DNA from: Octopus vulgaris
Lineage: Eukaryota
Assembly: GCA_951406725.2 (NCBI GenBank)
Contig: OX597818.1
Span: 7,502,001 to 7,566,000 of the forward strand
Direction: 5' to 3'
Length of the DNA stretch: 64,000 nt
In this document: piece after piece, positions 1-15,020 of the stretch
How positions within the stretch are numbered: the stretch's first letter is position 1
Layout: each line of letters opens with the position of its first letter
Notes under the pieces: model-generated
Told to the model about the DNA's origin: nothing
What the model saw: only the letters and a program-made list of their open reading frames with translations
The model's database searches: none
Made by a program: the position numbers and the translations under genes

Positions 1-458
1 ACTAATGCAACAATCAATGATCAAGTCTACTGTCATCAAGTAGAGCGTTTGACAAGTGAATCGAAAAGGAGTGATGTTTCATCAGGACAATGCGCGACTC
101 CACACTGCAAACATCACATCAAAGAAGATCGAAGAGCTTGGTGGAGAAAAAATTCCTCATCCACCTATTCTCCCGACCTTGCTCCTTCAGACTACCATTA
201 GTTTCGTAGTTTACAGAATCATTTGGGGGACATAACTTTCGCAAGCCAGGAGGAGGTCGAAACTTACATTTCAGAGTTTTTCACTTTGAAACCAAAAGAG
301 TTTTATATTGATGGGGTTGAAAAGCTTGTAAATAGATTGAAGGAAGTCATATATATTCAGGGAAAGTACATTGATGATTAAATTTCAATTGAATATAACA
401 TTTGATCACTTGTTTTATTTATTCAAAATTCGGACAGAACTTATGAGATGGCCTGATA
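1..458 (+). mobile_element. Mariner (D,D34D) transposon, 3' part with degenerate transposase and right ITR
   Basis: Translation RKGVMFHQDNARLHTA...IPHPP/YSPDLAPSDYH*FRSLQNHL...GKYIDD* (stop at 379-381). 34 residues between the 2nd and 3rd Asp after repairing a 1-nt frameshift; one in-frame stop. ITR-like cggacagaacttatgagatggcctgata ends near 458. Confidence 0.92.
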
Positions 459-886
459 AATATCAAGGCATATAGATTGTGTGTGAGAGAGGGGAGAGAT
501 AGGGAGAGAAAGATGGTGTCAAGGAAAACAATCTATTGGTGGCAGACGATATGGCTTAGAATGTTTACACATGATGCTATGCGCACGTGTGTGAGTTTCT
601 TTCGCAATGTTCTGATACTCAATGTTATAATGGCGTGTGTTTGCAAAGGGATGAGATGTATGTTTATCCAATTATCTTTCTACAGACGTATTTGGTTGCC
701 AATTATATTTCAAAAATCATACGCTTTTACTTGTATATGTGTGTGTTGCAGGAGTGAATTTAGCTTTCAAAGAGAGACAACAATAGTGAAACTAGGGTAA
801 AATTATTGATGTGGATTTCCAGTACGGCTTTGTTCATGTCTTTATATGAGCACTTGTTTGTGTACAAATTTGAGTCGTATATACGG

Positions 887-930
887 CTACGCATTTCGCC
901 TGGCGTGCTAACGTTTCTGCCAGCTCGCCG
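887..930 (-). mobile_element. 5' tRNA-like head fragment of SINE family B
   Basis: Reverse complement reads cggcgagctggcagaaacgttagcacgccaggcgaaatgcgtag, the same head as the copy at 60367. Confidence 0.75.
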
Positions 931-965
931 AAACTAATACTGCGTGAGCAATCTCATTTAGGCGA

Positions 966-1160
966 AATGTGATACCACCCTTCCTACACATGCGTTAAAA
1001 CTTTTGCGTCGGTAGGCCGCAACATTTACCGGCTGTTACACACAGTACAGATTCGCAGTGCACGCTCATAATGGCTTTACAGATGTGTAGTGCGCGTGAA
1101 CTGATCCGAGCTACCTGCGCAAAAATTTCGACGCATGCGCATGAAAGATGGTGTCACCTT
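966..1160. mobile_element. Foldback/MITE-like element with about 50-bp imperfect terminal inverted repeats
   Basis: gtgataccacccttcctacacatgcgttaaaacttttgcg (969) matches the reverse complement of cgcaaaaatttcgacgcatgcgcatgaaagatggtgtcac (ends 1157). Confidence 0.6.
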
Positions 1161-2109
1161 TCAAACAAAGGGTTTCCCCCCATAGCACAGAAGCTTTGGC
1201 GGGAGCAAATAAAGCCGGATACTCTTTGAGTGCACATCGGACATATACGAATACAATCATAATTACATCAGTGTATACTTATAGATATATAGTTATATGT
1301 TGAAGAATTACACATTCATATACAATTCCATGCATATGTATGTGTGTCTCTTAATATATTGCTATATACCTATGTTTGCGTCTCCGTATTTACAAGTATG
1401 AGAGTATGTGTTTCAGATTGTGTTCATACGCGAATACACGAATAAATGTATATTAGAGCATGCTTTCATTGCTTAAGTATCGTAAGACATTACCACGGTT
1501 GCTAAAGATAGGCACATTGGGAACCGAAGAACGCTGGGATCAGATTAAAATGTTATAAGAAAATAGCAGGGATTAATCAAGGGATCTTTTATGTATCTTT
1601 AAAAAGTAGCCAAATATACATATATCTATCATGCCTGGGAACTATTGAAATAGTTATTGTCAACTAATCTTATTAGACATGTAAGTTTCTCTCATGCGGG
1701 GAAACATGAAGGCATGCATGAAAAGAGCAATAAGTATATGCTCTTTCACTCCTCTCTCTTTCTCTTAATGTGTATACATACATACTTACACACATACATG
1801 CACACACACACCCGTATGTGTATGCTTGAGTGTGCTTGTATAGAGTAGGAGATGTGTGTAGTGTGTTATCAATAGTGATGAGCGAATGCAATAATTTGTG
1901 TGATGTTAATTCCTGTATATTTCAATAATAAATAATAATAATAATAATAATATTAAAATCACGAATTTTTCGGCGTATCAGTATGATTATTACCCTATTT
2001 TTAACACGATTCTCCATTATTTCAGTAGTATATTAGCGTAAAAATTGAATATACTTTCAACTAATATCATCTATATATGGATGTGTGTGCATGCATGTAT
2101 TGTTTCTAT

Positions 2110-2111
<2 letters not shown>

Positions 2112-2181
<70 letters not shown>

Positions 2182-2331
2182 ATATACTATGTTGAACGTG
2201 TATATGACTTTGCTACTATATATACATTATGTATATATATATATATATATATATAGATGTGTGCATTTTTCCATTGTTAACGATTAACACGGAAAAATAT
2301 ATAAGTGAAGTGAAGATTACATTGCTTTACA

Positions 2332-2382
<51 letters not shown>

Positions 2383-2402
2383 CATATGCGCGTGTGTGTG
2401 TG
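2112..2402. repeat. Cluster of (TA)n microsatellites
   Basis: Three long TA runs visible in the sequence. Confidence 0.95.
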
Positions 2403-5400
2403 TATGCATTACTTGTAGTCCTGTCACAACTTAATTACCAGCCCACCAGTTGGTAAGCGTAAATTAGTGTTTAACCTTGACTCGTGCTTAAGTCTATTAC
2501 GGGTTTACGTGACAGATTATGTCTGTTAACATATTGTGTATTCATGTTGCATAGTCATATACCGGAAAACAGTCTACACCTTTTATCAAATATAGGAATA
2601 CCAATATATAAATATTCTTAGAGGTAATTACACAATATACTGTGGTAGTTAGTTCCAGATATGGCGCTACACAATATTTACATATATCGTTTTTAAGAAT
2701 GTATGTGAGAATGTCTTTGCCAGTGGTGAAATCTGATATAACTAAGGTAACATTGTCGAACTGAGTCTATTTTTACTTTTGCAGTGTCTGTGTGATTTCC
2801 ATAGCTTACGTTTAAAGTGTATTATACTCTATGAGTTTTAATGAGAGCCTTTGTTTCAACCAGATGTATTTCTATACTTATAGCTCTATACATATGATAT
2901 GTGATTTGATATCGCCTACCAAAATGCGTATGTCTTTCTAATAGAGGACTGTTCTTGTTTCACAGGTTCGGGAAATAACTTTATGATGTCGTCTTATTGA
3001 TAACTCATAATAGCTTGACATCAACGGTTGTTCGTGCATGTACGTAAAATGTGTATTTGCCATTGAATGAAAATACTTACATCTCAAAATTCGAAGTAAG
3101 ACTGAAATCTCTCTTCAAGATAAAATAAAAAAAAAGGAGGATTGTGCAATAGAAATTATGCACGTACATAAAAAATAACTTCGACGGGTCATCTTTGGTA
3201 TTAGTAAACGGAAGAATGAGATAAATATGTATTAAGCTGTACACTCGTTTTCTTAACATCTCAGGAGCCAGTAGAGAAGACAAAATCTTAAAACAAATTA
3301 AGGAATACTTCAGAACTGATATACATCATAAGGTATTTTACAGAAATAGATTTAATCTACCTTACTTTGCAATTTTAAATGTTTCTCTCACGTTTGTTTC
3401 TCCAAACCTTTCTAAATTTTATCACATTTATAGGCAATTATATCATCACCGACTAACTGCTGCAACTGCATCAAAGTCATTAGAATAGAAAACGATTCAT
3501 TATTCGAATACAGCGAACCTCATCATCGGTGAAGATATCGGTGTCGTAGAGATGTCCGTCTGCTTCAACATGAGATTGCCTTTCCATTTGGGGTATCGCT
3601 AACGGAAACGTTATAAATTATGTAATCACAAATGATTCTGAACTATCAATACTGCGATTAAGAATATGCCAACCTATAGCGTAGAATTGTTTTCAAGTTC
3701 GTATTGATTGATGTACGCGAATACATATTTCTTAGATGCAAATATAAATACATAAATTTGGCCAACGGTTTTCAGTGTTCCTATCCATTATAACTATGTC
3801 TCGCAGGGCCTTTTCATTAGTTATTCGAGAAAAACACATTCTATTCACACTTTTTGCTCGAGTAACTTAAAGTAGGTACTAAACTAATATTTATGAGAAA
3901 TCGTGCGAGAATATAGATCGTAAACGATAGAATTTCAAGAATATGTTTCATAGAATTCATAAGAGATTTGATAAGCATTCTTATATAAAGTGTGTGAGAG
4001 ATATAGAAATCAATATAGAATATATTTGGAAATGTTCCAGTAAGTTTCCGTCCCTTATATTCCAACCGTTTCTTTTAATATAGTCTTTTCTCCAATTACT
4101 TCGCTTAATTTCTGTTTCTTTCCCCGGATTTTTATCACGTATAGAACTTCTTAAAGAACAGTGGGCGCTGTATGTGGGAAAATATGATAAATACTCTTTA
4201 ATTGGGTATCTTAATCATCAAAATTCAGGTAGACTGGAAAATTTATCAGTTCTTTCGCTTCTAACCTTGTTGACGTCTGACTAATATCAACTTATTTCCT
4301 CTACATAAATAGTATCAGATCAGAAAAATTCACCGGGAGAACTTGGGGGCGAGAGATTAAACAAGTTGTATATCAAAACTTGATTGATGATTTGCAGTTT
4401 TAAAACTGAATTTAAAGATATCTTGTGCGGTCCTGAATATCAAAAAATTCAAGATAGCAACAAGCAATTATACCTCCCGTATCTTTGGACTCCACGATAT
4501 TAATTAACTTCAATTCACTTGTAGTTCTGTATAACAAATACAATCAACTTAATTAAGAATCATATCCTTTTATATATGTCATATCGATAGGTTGATAAGT
4601 TGCAAAACTCTCTAATTGAATGAACTTGTCTTGAAGTAGGCCAAACGAGAATACTGAATTTCAAGTTAATAGATTTATTGACATTCATCTGTGCGTTATC
4701 ATGAAACATGCAGATTATTGTGACAGCAAAGGTATACCGAGATAAGGTCCAGTCTTTTATTTGCCTGAAAATACTTCGTCGAATAATATGATGTAATGAG
4801 TAAGTTCATCGCAGACTTGCTCATTACACACAGGAATTCCATTACCCATTCTCACACAAAGCTATCATGATATCTATGCCGACGCTTCACCATGTTTCTT
4901 CGTAATTACTAGTCTACGGTTAAAAGACATTTATGTTCATAGACGGTCGCTAAAAATGCTGAAAAGAGCCGCAACATTTTTCTCAACCCACGATTCATTA
5001 TTTTGAAAAAAGGAAGTGGAGAGTATCATCATCGATCTTCAAGAGTATTAGGTGATCCTGTCAGAATGCCTAAGGCCTTACGCTTCTTCGACCAATAATT
5101 GTGAAACAAGAACAATTGATGATTTTGTTAAACAAAAAAATAATTGCTTGCCTGCTCTCCCCTGCTCTCATCTTGCTCTTTATTCTGTCTTACATGATGT
5201 CGTCTCTTTACTTTGTATTGTATTTTCCGGCACTCTCACATGATTTGCCTCTTATGAATTGATCTTGTATTTGACGCCATTTTAAAACTTTTATTCATAT
5301 AAATGGATTTCTCTGTAAATCGAACCTTAGCGTTGTGTTGTTCAGCACAGTAAATAATGTAACTTTATTCTATAATTTTCCTAATTTTCTCATATAATCT

Positions 5401-6229
5401 TACGTCTGATAGACAGGACTCTGAAGGCGTTGGATGAGTTTCTTTGCAGTCTCTATTCAAGCCTGCTTTGCCATTCTGGCTGCATTTGACGAACCTAGTT
5501 CCAAACCGCATAAGACTTTGAGATTTCTTTCCCTTCAGTGCTATCGGTTATGTGAAGTAAGGAGATTTGTATACAAGCTTGGTCAACCGTGTCATACGCG
5601 AGAGTTAACCGAAGTTCATTTTTTAAATAAACTATTGAACTTAGCTTTCTTGTCTCCAATCAAGTGACTACGAGAAAGATTACAAGCTAATTGTTACTGT
5701 TGTTTAATTTTAAATATTACATTTCACCACAACCATAAAAACATTCTTTCAGTTCCTATAACAGCATTAAGGAAAAAAATAAAGGAAATTATTATAGCTA
5801 ACATTCTTTGTCACAAACAAAATACATACATTTGTGCTTTATTTGAATGAACAATGTAGTGCTAGATTCCAACTGATGATCTACACTATAGAAACTAAAA
5901 CACAAGCATGTTCAGTTATAATTTAATCCATTTCCTGGCATATCGATCTATTCAACTGTATGCTGATAAATGATATTGTGATATTTGCCGATATTTGATT
6001 GCATGCCCTACCTCTTCACGGAAATAATTAAGACAATGTTTTGGATTAACATTCAACAATGTCGAAATTATTAGTTTTGAAATCGTACATTCCCTCAATT
6101 AACCAACTCCTTGGAAAGCTAAATTTGCGGAGAGACCAAGCAGCCATGGTGGAAAATAAGTCAGTATATATGCGTCGAAAGATATGAATGTGCTTACAAA
6201 CACTTTTCACAGTTTCTTTTTCTTTAGAT

Positions 6230-7440
6230 GTCATGTCCAGAACCTAGGATATAGGCGATCATATCCCCCTACAATTCTTTGTTCTTTGTTTTCTTTTACA
6301 GTTACAATCCCTGATGTTTAATGCTTTTTTCTTCCAACCAGTTCATAAAACCTGACATCCATATCCTTCTCCTTTTTCTGCTTCTTTTTTCAATGTTTTC
6401 GGTAATCGCTAAATTCTCAAGGTGCTCTTTCCTCATCATATAATCAAGAAATCTGAGTTCCTTGGTACTTATCTCACGAAGTAGTTTCGTACTTAACGCA
6501 ACCCGGTTTATCAATTCTTCGTAAGAATGTCTCACTGCCATACATTAACACAGAGTAGATATAGCAAGATCTTGAAGTTCTGAGTAAGGTTTCTCAAGAT
6601 CAAGATCTATTCTGAGAATGCATATTTTGCCAGCCCTATTCGTCTTTTGATCTTCTTCAAACATCCTGTATCATCTGTTATCAAAGTTCCAAGGAACTTG
6701 AATGATGATACCTGGTTTATGATTTGATTGTTCACTTGCAGCATGCATTTTGGAATCCCCATCTGTGTCACCTCCATACAATGTTTCATCTTGCAATTTA
6801 TGAAAACACCTTTCTTCTCACTTTTTCTGATATCTAGATTCAGAAGTCTGCAAGTATGACTGTGTCATATGCATATCGTATGTTTGTAATGTTTCTGCCT
6901 TCTACTCTCTGAACTTTCTCTTCTCCAGTTCTCTTATGATATATACGCTAATGTAATTGAAGAGATATGGTAACTTAACACATCCTTGTCTAATCCCAGT
7001 GATGCCACCGTATTCACAACATTCTTCATTTCTCTTTAAGAGTGATGATTGATTCCAATAGACTCTGCATGATTTGGAGGTCTTTGACAAGCAGATCAAG
7101 TTTACTGGGTTCTAAAAATTATATGTCATGTCTTATTTTGTCGAAAGCATTTGTGTCATCTATGAAATACATGCAGAGATTTTTGCACCTGCTTCGTTAT
7201 CATTCTCGATATAAAAATATTGCTCCTAGTACTAGCGTCCTGTATATTCTGTTCAGCTATTCTAAATATCTTCTCAACCAGTATCGCGCAATCAGAGATC
7301 TCATTTATCTTCTGATGTGCTTAGTATTCTACCAAAAATTGCATCTTAATTACTGCTTACTGTCCATTCAGCCAGGTCTTTATAGCCTTCCTTCAGTTTA
7401 ATCAAGCTATCCTGCGCCCTATACTCTTTGGATTTTGCAT
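6230..7440 (-). mobile_element. Degenerate RTE-clade LINE (RT domain and C-terminus)
   Basis: Minus-strand motifs in the expected order: FIDDTNAFDKIRH, GIRQGCVKLPYLFN, NIRYAYDTVI (decayed YADD), QVSSFKFLGTLIT..KIKRRIGLAKYAF, LRFLDYMMRKEHLENL. Many stops and frameshifts. Confidence 0.88.
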
Positions 7441-10400
7441 TCCCGATTTTCTGTCTCTTACTCATCAATGAAAGGATTTTCCACAACCATTCCCTTCTTT
7501 TTCACACTATAGTGCTTCAAAACTGAACCAATGAAATACCTTCTAATTATTTGAGCAGCCGGTTACAAAATTCAGCCAAATTTCACCAGAAATCACACTT
7601 CGTTTGCGGTTTAGAAAAGAAAATATTTTAATGTGACACAAGGTACACTGTGCCAGAGAAGGTAAGAGGATGTTAAGAGATATAATGGTATTCAAGAAAG
7701 TTGTGATCGATCAGAACTAATAGGGATCTATACTACAACAATAATAACAAGAATTGTTACCGTAGCGAATGGAAAATAAGGTGAAGTATTTATAGATGTG
7801 ACGCGAGTAGCTTAGTGAAAGAGGTGGTCGCTCGGAAAAGCCCTTTGTTCCACTTTCAATCTTATATCGCGACTTATGGCATATACTCTGTTCGTGTAAA
7901 AGAACAACAGAATTTCACTGTAAAATGCAGACCCTTGCCGTGATGTAGAGACATCGGTAATTTAAACCAAGATATAACAATGAAAGTTATTCGTTATACA
8001 AATTACAGAAGCTGTTTGGCTCAGTTGTTAGAACGACCGAAGTAGTACCTAAGTTACTTAGTTGTTACTCCTTACATTCTAAGTTCAAATCTCAGCAGAA
8101 AGAAATTCATCATCTGCGATAATAAAACACCGAGCAAATGCCAGTTTGATTTATATTTCGAAAATATATCCTTTGTGAATAGAATTATAACAAAAGAGTT
8201 TTTCGTTTGGTTCTGTATTCATTTACTTTTCTTTGCCTTTTGTTTAACGAAGACACAACGTATTAAAAAAAAATGTTCATACTACATTGGGAATACCAAG
8301 ATAAACCTTCATTCATGTTCCTGTCTGTCAGCAATATTACTATCGTGGCTATGACTACTGGTATGATATATGAGCGTCTCCTACGAGGCCCTTTTGTAAA
8401 CGAAAATATCCTGAAATCTACACATATAACTTTCACCAGACACTTAACATATAACATACCGGATGAGACGAATGTATTATGAGCTTCCAGGAAAACATTC
8501 TTTTTTCCACCTCACAACTTTGGTAGCATTTAAATATTTAATGTTTACACATATATAGGTTTGTTTTTCTCTTTAACTTAAAGTTGTTGCTTTTTCTGTT
8601 GTTAGTGGCAGCAGTAGCTACTGGTTCTTGCTAGAGTTCGTAGGTTGTTGGTGGTAGAGTCTATGATGATGATCGTCGACCTGATGATGCTATTACTATT
8701 CACATTGTAGTCGCTGTTGTTAATATTGTCTGTGGTATTATTGCTTTTATTACTCTGCAGAATAATCTGTATAGCAGATGTAGGAGCTTCATGATCAGAA
8801 GTTTTTTCTTATTTCTGTATCTATATAGAGCTTTAGATTTCTCATTTTAGAGTCAAGTGTTGAGCCGTGTCTCTCAAATTTTATTTAAACCAGTATGAGG
8901 AGAATGTAGAGTGCATGTTCCTTTGTGAAGCAAATGGCTTTGGAGTGTGAAATTAAATCATTCAATGGGTGATCTAAAAAAGAAACATAGCTTCTCTTTC
9001 GTCGCTCGCACTTCTACAAATAGCAGCAGTATCTCCATAAGATCACATATATATTCTGCAACATGAGATAGCAAATATACTCAGAAAGAAAAATACAGAA
9101 TTATTAAGGCTTGAATGACTTTGCTACTCCATCTATTTGTCGACGTCTGACCCGTAGTGAAGGAACAGCCGCAATGACAACAATACCTTAGTGAATCCTA
9201 TTTATAAATATCTTTATGACTTTGTCTAAGTCTTGAGCAAAGATCCAAAATGATTTAGAAACATTTCAGTCGCACAAGGAATCTGCAGGAACATAATCGA
9301 ACTGAATTTAAAAACAGTTTTCAGTATTGAAACAATTATAATAAATATAATTATTTTCTTGGAAAATATGAAGGCATATATCGGATCGCTGTGACGTTTA
9401 TTCTCCTTCAATTGCTCCAACAGCAAACTATAGGGGAAATAGTTGAAGATTACTCGTTGTTAACTGCTGAATATTATTTACTTTTTAATGCAATTGTACA
9501 GGACCCGCCACGGTTTCATCGAGGGCACCTCACCCTGTTCAGCTGTTTCCAGCACACCAATTGACATGTGTGCATATATAAGCTCAACAGTAAATATTCT
9601 TTCATAATTTTTCTCAGACTTGTCTTCCATTCCAAAAGGATGTTATACTGGAAGCAATATATATGTGAGTTAAAAATAATCGTAGGCCAACTGCATGCTG
9701 CATCGGAGTTCGGTTGTGAATATACATCCGCATTATCAAAATATTTTGTATAACCTCGCCATAATTGTTTTAATTCAACATTTAAATTACAATGAATATT
9801 GCGCATTCCATACGCCATGTTACTACTGCAAATATTTTGTACACTGATTTATCGGATGAAATACCTACACATGAATTCTGTGATGGACATTGTGATTTAT
9901 TGCTAAACGACCAATAAGGGATTCATATATTATAGGGAATTGTTCAGTTCTGATACAATACAATCGCTATAGATATTCAGAGAAAAACACCTTCTAGCCA
10001 TGACATCTGTTAAGATTAGTTGTCTGGTGAGATTAATGCAATTGTTATTCAGTTTGAGATTGTTTAGGTAAGCACATGCAGGAAAAATATGAATAGGGAA
10101 ACAATTACAGTGGTTTAGCATTCTGGGCAGTGACGTACAGTAAGGTTGAAGATTAAAAGAGAGAAGAGTAACCAAAGTAAAGAATAACGGGAGTTAGCCA
10201 ATACAGAGTGCAGAGCCATTGTATAAAACAAAGAAAAAAGACAAGATATTCTGTGTCAGTAAAGTTTACTGATGGCAAAATATTTAGCAATGTGTTGACT
10301 TACCTTTTTGGAAGACGTCTCAATGCAGTACAAAACTATCCCACAGTTTTAAGCAAAATAATCTGAGACCCATCTGAATAATATTAAGATTTGTAAGATA

Positions 10401-10573
10401 CTAAAATCACATTTGGAACTTATAAAAGCTATATTAGTTTGTAAGTGAAGTGTAAGATGAAATAGATTTGTCTCGTGCCTCCTAAGGTTTTAAATACCCG
10501 AGGAAAATGAAATGCTTTCAGTATCCGTATAGCATCTCGAAATCTGCTACGTGACACTTTACATTACGTAATA

Positions 10574-10940
10574 CAATAATCACTCGTCATGTTACGGTTA
10601 ACCCATCGCTCCATCAGTATATCGCGGATTTTTCTGGTGAATATATGGAAATTTATATCGCGGACTCCTCAGTATATCGCAGGTTTCTGAAGCCGATAGG
10701 TCTTTTACTCTTTTACTCTTCTACTTGTTTCAGTCATTTGACTGCGGTCATGCTGGAGCACCGCCTTTAGTCGAACAAATCAACACTAGGAACTTATTCT
10801 TTCGAAGCCTAGTACTTATTCTATCGGTTTCTTTTGCCGAACCGCTATGTTAAGGGGACTTAAACACACCAGCATCGGTTGTCAAGCAATGTTGGGGGGG
10901 GGGACAAACACAGACATACAAACACACACACACATACATA

Positions 10941-11024
<84 letters not shown>

Positions 11025-11533
11025 GTATACACATATATACGATGGGCTTCTTTAAGTTTCTGTCTACCAAATCCACTCACAAGGCTTTGGCCGGCCTGAG
11101 GCTATAGTAGAAGACACTTGCCCAAGATGCCACGCAGTGGGAATGAACCCGGAACCATGTGGTTATTAAGCACGCTATTTACCACACATCCACTACTGGT
11201 ATTAATATTTTTTAAAATTTTAGTTATCTCTGTGGTAAAATAATAAATTAATAAATAAAAATACAGTACAATACTGTACAGTATAACATGAATTACAATA
11301 TACTGAAAGAAAATACGTAGTTTACAGTAGATGAATAAACAAAGAATCGCACATACTGTATGGAAAACGAAACTCGAGAGGCGAGTGTGTGGTGGTGTTT
11401 ACCATTTATAATAGAATAAATATATACATATTATATATAAAAAATATACAGTACAGTAATGTTTTTACTTCACAGACTTTCACCTATTGTTGGGGGATTT
11501 TGGAACGTAACATCCGCGATAAATAGGTCCATG
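10574..11533. mobile_element. Pogo/Tigger-like non-autonomous DNA element interrupted by a SINE
   Basis: Repeated tatatcgcgga motifs near the left end and a ggaacgtaacatccgcgataaa right subterminus, typical of Tigger-like MITEs. Recognised from memory of family consensus. Confidence 0.55.
10701..11194 (-). mobile_element. Full-length tRNA-derived SINE family A with internal (CA)n(TA)n
   Basis: Minus-strand head with A/B box-like sequence (gtggatgtgtggtaaa...ggttcattccc) and (agtaaaag)n tail; homologous copies at 21281, 25436, 36431. Confidence 0.9.
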
Positions 11534-14194
11534 TAATTGTGTTATAGAAGATCCAGAATACTCTATATAGTAGACTAATGTTGTGGTGGCTGAATATTTA
11601 TGATTTGTTTTAATTATATAGTACGAACCCCAAATAGATTACTGGTTTATCGTGATCCGATATTGCGGATTTATTATTCTATGTGATGTTCTTCAGCTTG
11701 ACAAAAAGATTGTGTGTAAGGTGAAATGAAAACTAATATGAATAAAAGCAAGGCTTGTTATCTCATTTGCTAGGTATATTTCATTAATTACCATACTGAC
11801 TATTTCAGAAATTATTTTCCGTTCTCTTAACTAGCCAGCGAGTAGCTCCTTACGCAGTTTTAGCGAGTAGATAATTAAGAAAGAGACAAATATTATAATT
11901 TTATATTCATTTCGACTCTGCTTCACTTAACGTTGAGATATATATTAGGATATTCTTTGGTATTATTATAGAATGTTTGTTACAGGATCTAAGATTATAT
12001 TTATATTATTCTATGCGCAAAATATTTCAGAAAAGCACTTGAGCCATATTACTGATACTTCTTCCAATATAGTAAATTTACACATGACCAAATCTAAAAA
12101 CCACAAAACGCAAGTACTCTCGTTTTACGTGCTATATGACAAAATCAAGGAAAATATATTCATTCCCTTTCATAAAATATCTTCACTTGTTTAAATGCAT
12201 CTGATATGACACCCATCAATGTTCCTTGGATAGACTTTCAGAAGTTATATAATTCATTTGGACGTCAACATATTCTGTCTATAGGGAAATATGAACAATA
12301 AGGTCTACTATATGTTCAGATATCTGTTTGGAGTGATGAGCCAACATTTCATCTTGTTCTAAACATTTATAGAATGATTTATCACTCCGTAACTTCAGCT
12401 TCACTGATCAACTATAGCGAGATATAAATCGATATTGATATAACTTTGGCGGTGTTTGTGTCACTTAAACCTTGGTGCTTGCTTTGTAGACTACACAAGT
12501 TTTAGCTCTATTTTTGCGTAAAGTAACATGTCTAAATGGGAAGCATTGAAATGTATACGCAAGTTAATTAATTATATTTGCATAGTGAAACAAATAATGG
12601 AACTTATCTTCCAAAAAATATTACTCTATAAAACAAAAGAAACTGTTTCCAGTGTGTTACAGTGAAGATCAAAAAGCAAGGACAGAAACCAATAGTAAAA
12701 TCGTATCCTATTTGTTTAAATAGTGTTTTAGCAACTATAATTTTAAATGCTTTGATAAGATTATATCAAATACAGAACCAATGTTGTACGATTTGAACGC
12801 GATAACGTGACCCTAGAAAGCTTATTTGCAATCCTAAAATTTATAAAAGGAATCTATAGACGTAGCAAAGTTCATAGGTTTGTAATATAAATACAGAGCA
12901 TGTATTTAAATGCTCCTACGAATTTAGATAAATCTAAAACAAACAAACAAACGTAAACATGACTGTAATAATGATGAAAATAAAAGTAAAAGAAAACAGA
13001 TGCAGTCAAAAACCAGTTCTTAGTTTTATGCTACAGGAACTAAGACAGGAACTATAGGGTGTAGGGTTTTTCCAGGCAAATCGTGAAATTCAATATATTA
13101 AAAACAAATTGCAACTAATGGATTATAGATAAATAAAATATCAGGCGTTAAATAAAAACCCTTTTCTCATTCTCAGTCTGTCTTTCTCTCTCTTTTTCTC
13201 TTTCTCTCCCTCTCTTGCTCTCCCTCTCTTTCTCTTTATATATGTATCACAGACTCACATATATATATATACTTAGTCTTCTTTCCTTCTCTATATCGTA
13301 ACTTTATACCATGTGAAATTTGAAGGAAGATCATTTACAGTGTTACTCTCACAACAAACAATTGATCGAGAAATTGGGAAACTGTGGTCGGCGTAAAATT
13401 TGGGCACCGAAGTTGGCTAAAAACAGCCCCAAATACACGAGGAAAAGTGCACATACACACGTGTCTGCAGGCAAATGTATTTCTGTATATATATGTGTGT
13501 GTGTGTGTGCGTGCGTGTATGTGTGTGAGAGTGAGTGTCTGTGTGTGTGTATGTGTGTGTGTGCGTATACATACGTGTGTGCATATATATACGCGCGCGC
13601 GCGTGTGCATGTGTGCGTGTCTGTATGGAGAAATAAGAAAGAAACAGAGTAGTATTATAGTGTTATAGTAAATAATCAAAAATATACATAAACACAGATA
13701 TACGCAATCGAATTTTGATTGTTTGCTGACATGCCTTTAGAAAATGGATCCCTTATTCATCTATTCAATTTGCCATAGTCAGAAAATTTAACGCATTCAT
13801 CTATTCGAATTGAAAGCATATGATATTTTTTGTTCACCTTACCGTAAAATATTGTTAATGAAGTTTTATTGTTTACGAATAACTGATGTCTTTATTTCTT
13901 TGTTTATTAAAATATGATACTATTTGAAGGTATTGAAATATTTTTTACTCCGCCCATTGTTATTTGGAAATTCTGTAATAAATATCGATTAATGTATTTG
14001 TTAGAAGTCACCAATTCCGATACTGAGTTCAAAATTGTGAAGGCTCCTCAGATTTTATACTTCACCGATGGAAAATGGTAAAATATTATAGTGCCATTAG
14101 TGTAGGTAGATGCGTGGATTTGAAATTGTTAATATTATCATCCGTTAAGGCGGTGAGTTGGCAGAATCCTAAATCTTCATGTGGCTTTTCATCA

Positions 14195-14895
14195 AGGCAG
14201 TCCCCGGATGTCCTGCATAGAAGTCTTTCAATATTCTGTTTTGCGGTGCTTCAGGCATTACCACTCTTTGTGCATATAATAATACACCATCACATGCTGA
14301 ATAATGTTTGAACCTGCGTTCTGCTCACTTATATTATTTTTCGTATTATTTTCCAACAGTATTTTTAAAATCTTGTTTATTAACAACTTTTCCTGATTTT
14401 AATTTAATTCCTTCTTGCGTTACCTACAAATCACGTACTACATTGTAGAAAATGTTCTTCTGTTGCATTTCTAGTTTTAACGATGCAATTACCGTGTCTT
14501 CAAAAAGTTCCTTATATTTTAGAATTAGCGTAGACAACCTGCCTGCATGTCCATTTTTCTTTGATGGCATAAACTCCATTTGAAATTCATAGTTTAACAA
14601 AGTAGTCCCCCAGCACTGTAAACGGTTTGCTGAATGCGTGGACATACTCTTTTTCGAACCGAATATAGACAGTAACGGTCGGTGATCAGTCTGCAGCGTA
14701 AACTTCCTACCGCGTAGGAATTTCTTTACTGCAAAAATTAATAATAAAACTCCCTCTTCGATCTGTCTGTAGTTTTTTTTCTGCTACTAGAAGAACTGTT
14801 GATGCATGTGCAATAGCCTTGATTTTACGATCATTAAATTTATGCAATATCACAGCTTTTATGCCGTAGCTACTGGCATCAGATGCCACAATGGT
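14195..14895 (-). mobile_element. Ty3/Gypsy pol fragment (RNase H and start of integrase zinc-binding region)
   Basis: ASDASSYGIKAVILH..AIAHAS, LQTDHRPLLSIFGSKK, ANRLQCWGTTLLNYEF, QRVVMPEAPQNRILKDFYAGHPG; frameshifted. Confidence 0.9.
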
Positions 14896-15020
14896 TGAAC
14901 CTACAGGTCAATGGTGGAACCTACAGGTCGAATTCTTCCATTAAATCTGTACCGAAGTGATTCATTGTAGTTTTAGATACCATTTCTTTTCAGCGTCATT
15001 TCTTTAAGTTTTATTTCAGG

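Noticed and set aside
8016-8100. tRNA gene
   Set aside because: A/B-box-like remnants without a cloverleaf; more likely a decayed SINE head.
9516-9818. 100-aa non-repetitive ORF
   Set aside because: No recognisable motif or splice context; compatible with chance.
10304-10373. Possible minus-strand exon with a strong AAG|GTAAGT donor
   Set aside because: All three frames contain stops and no partner exons were found.
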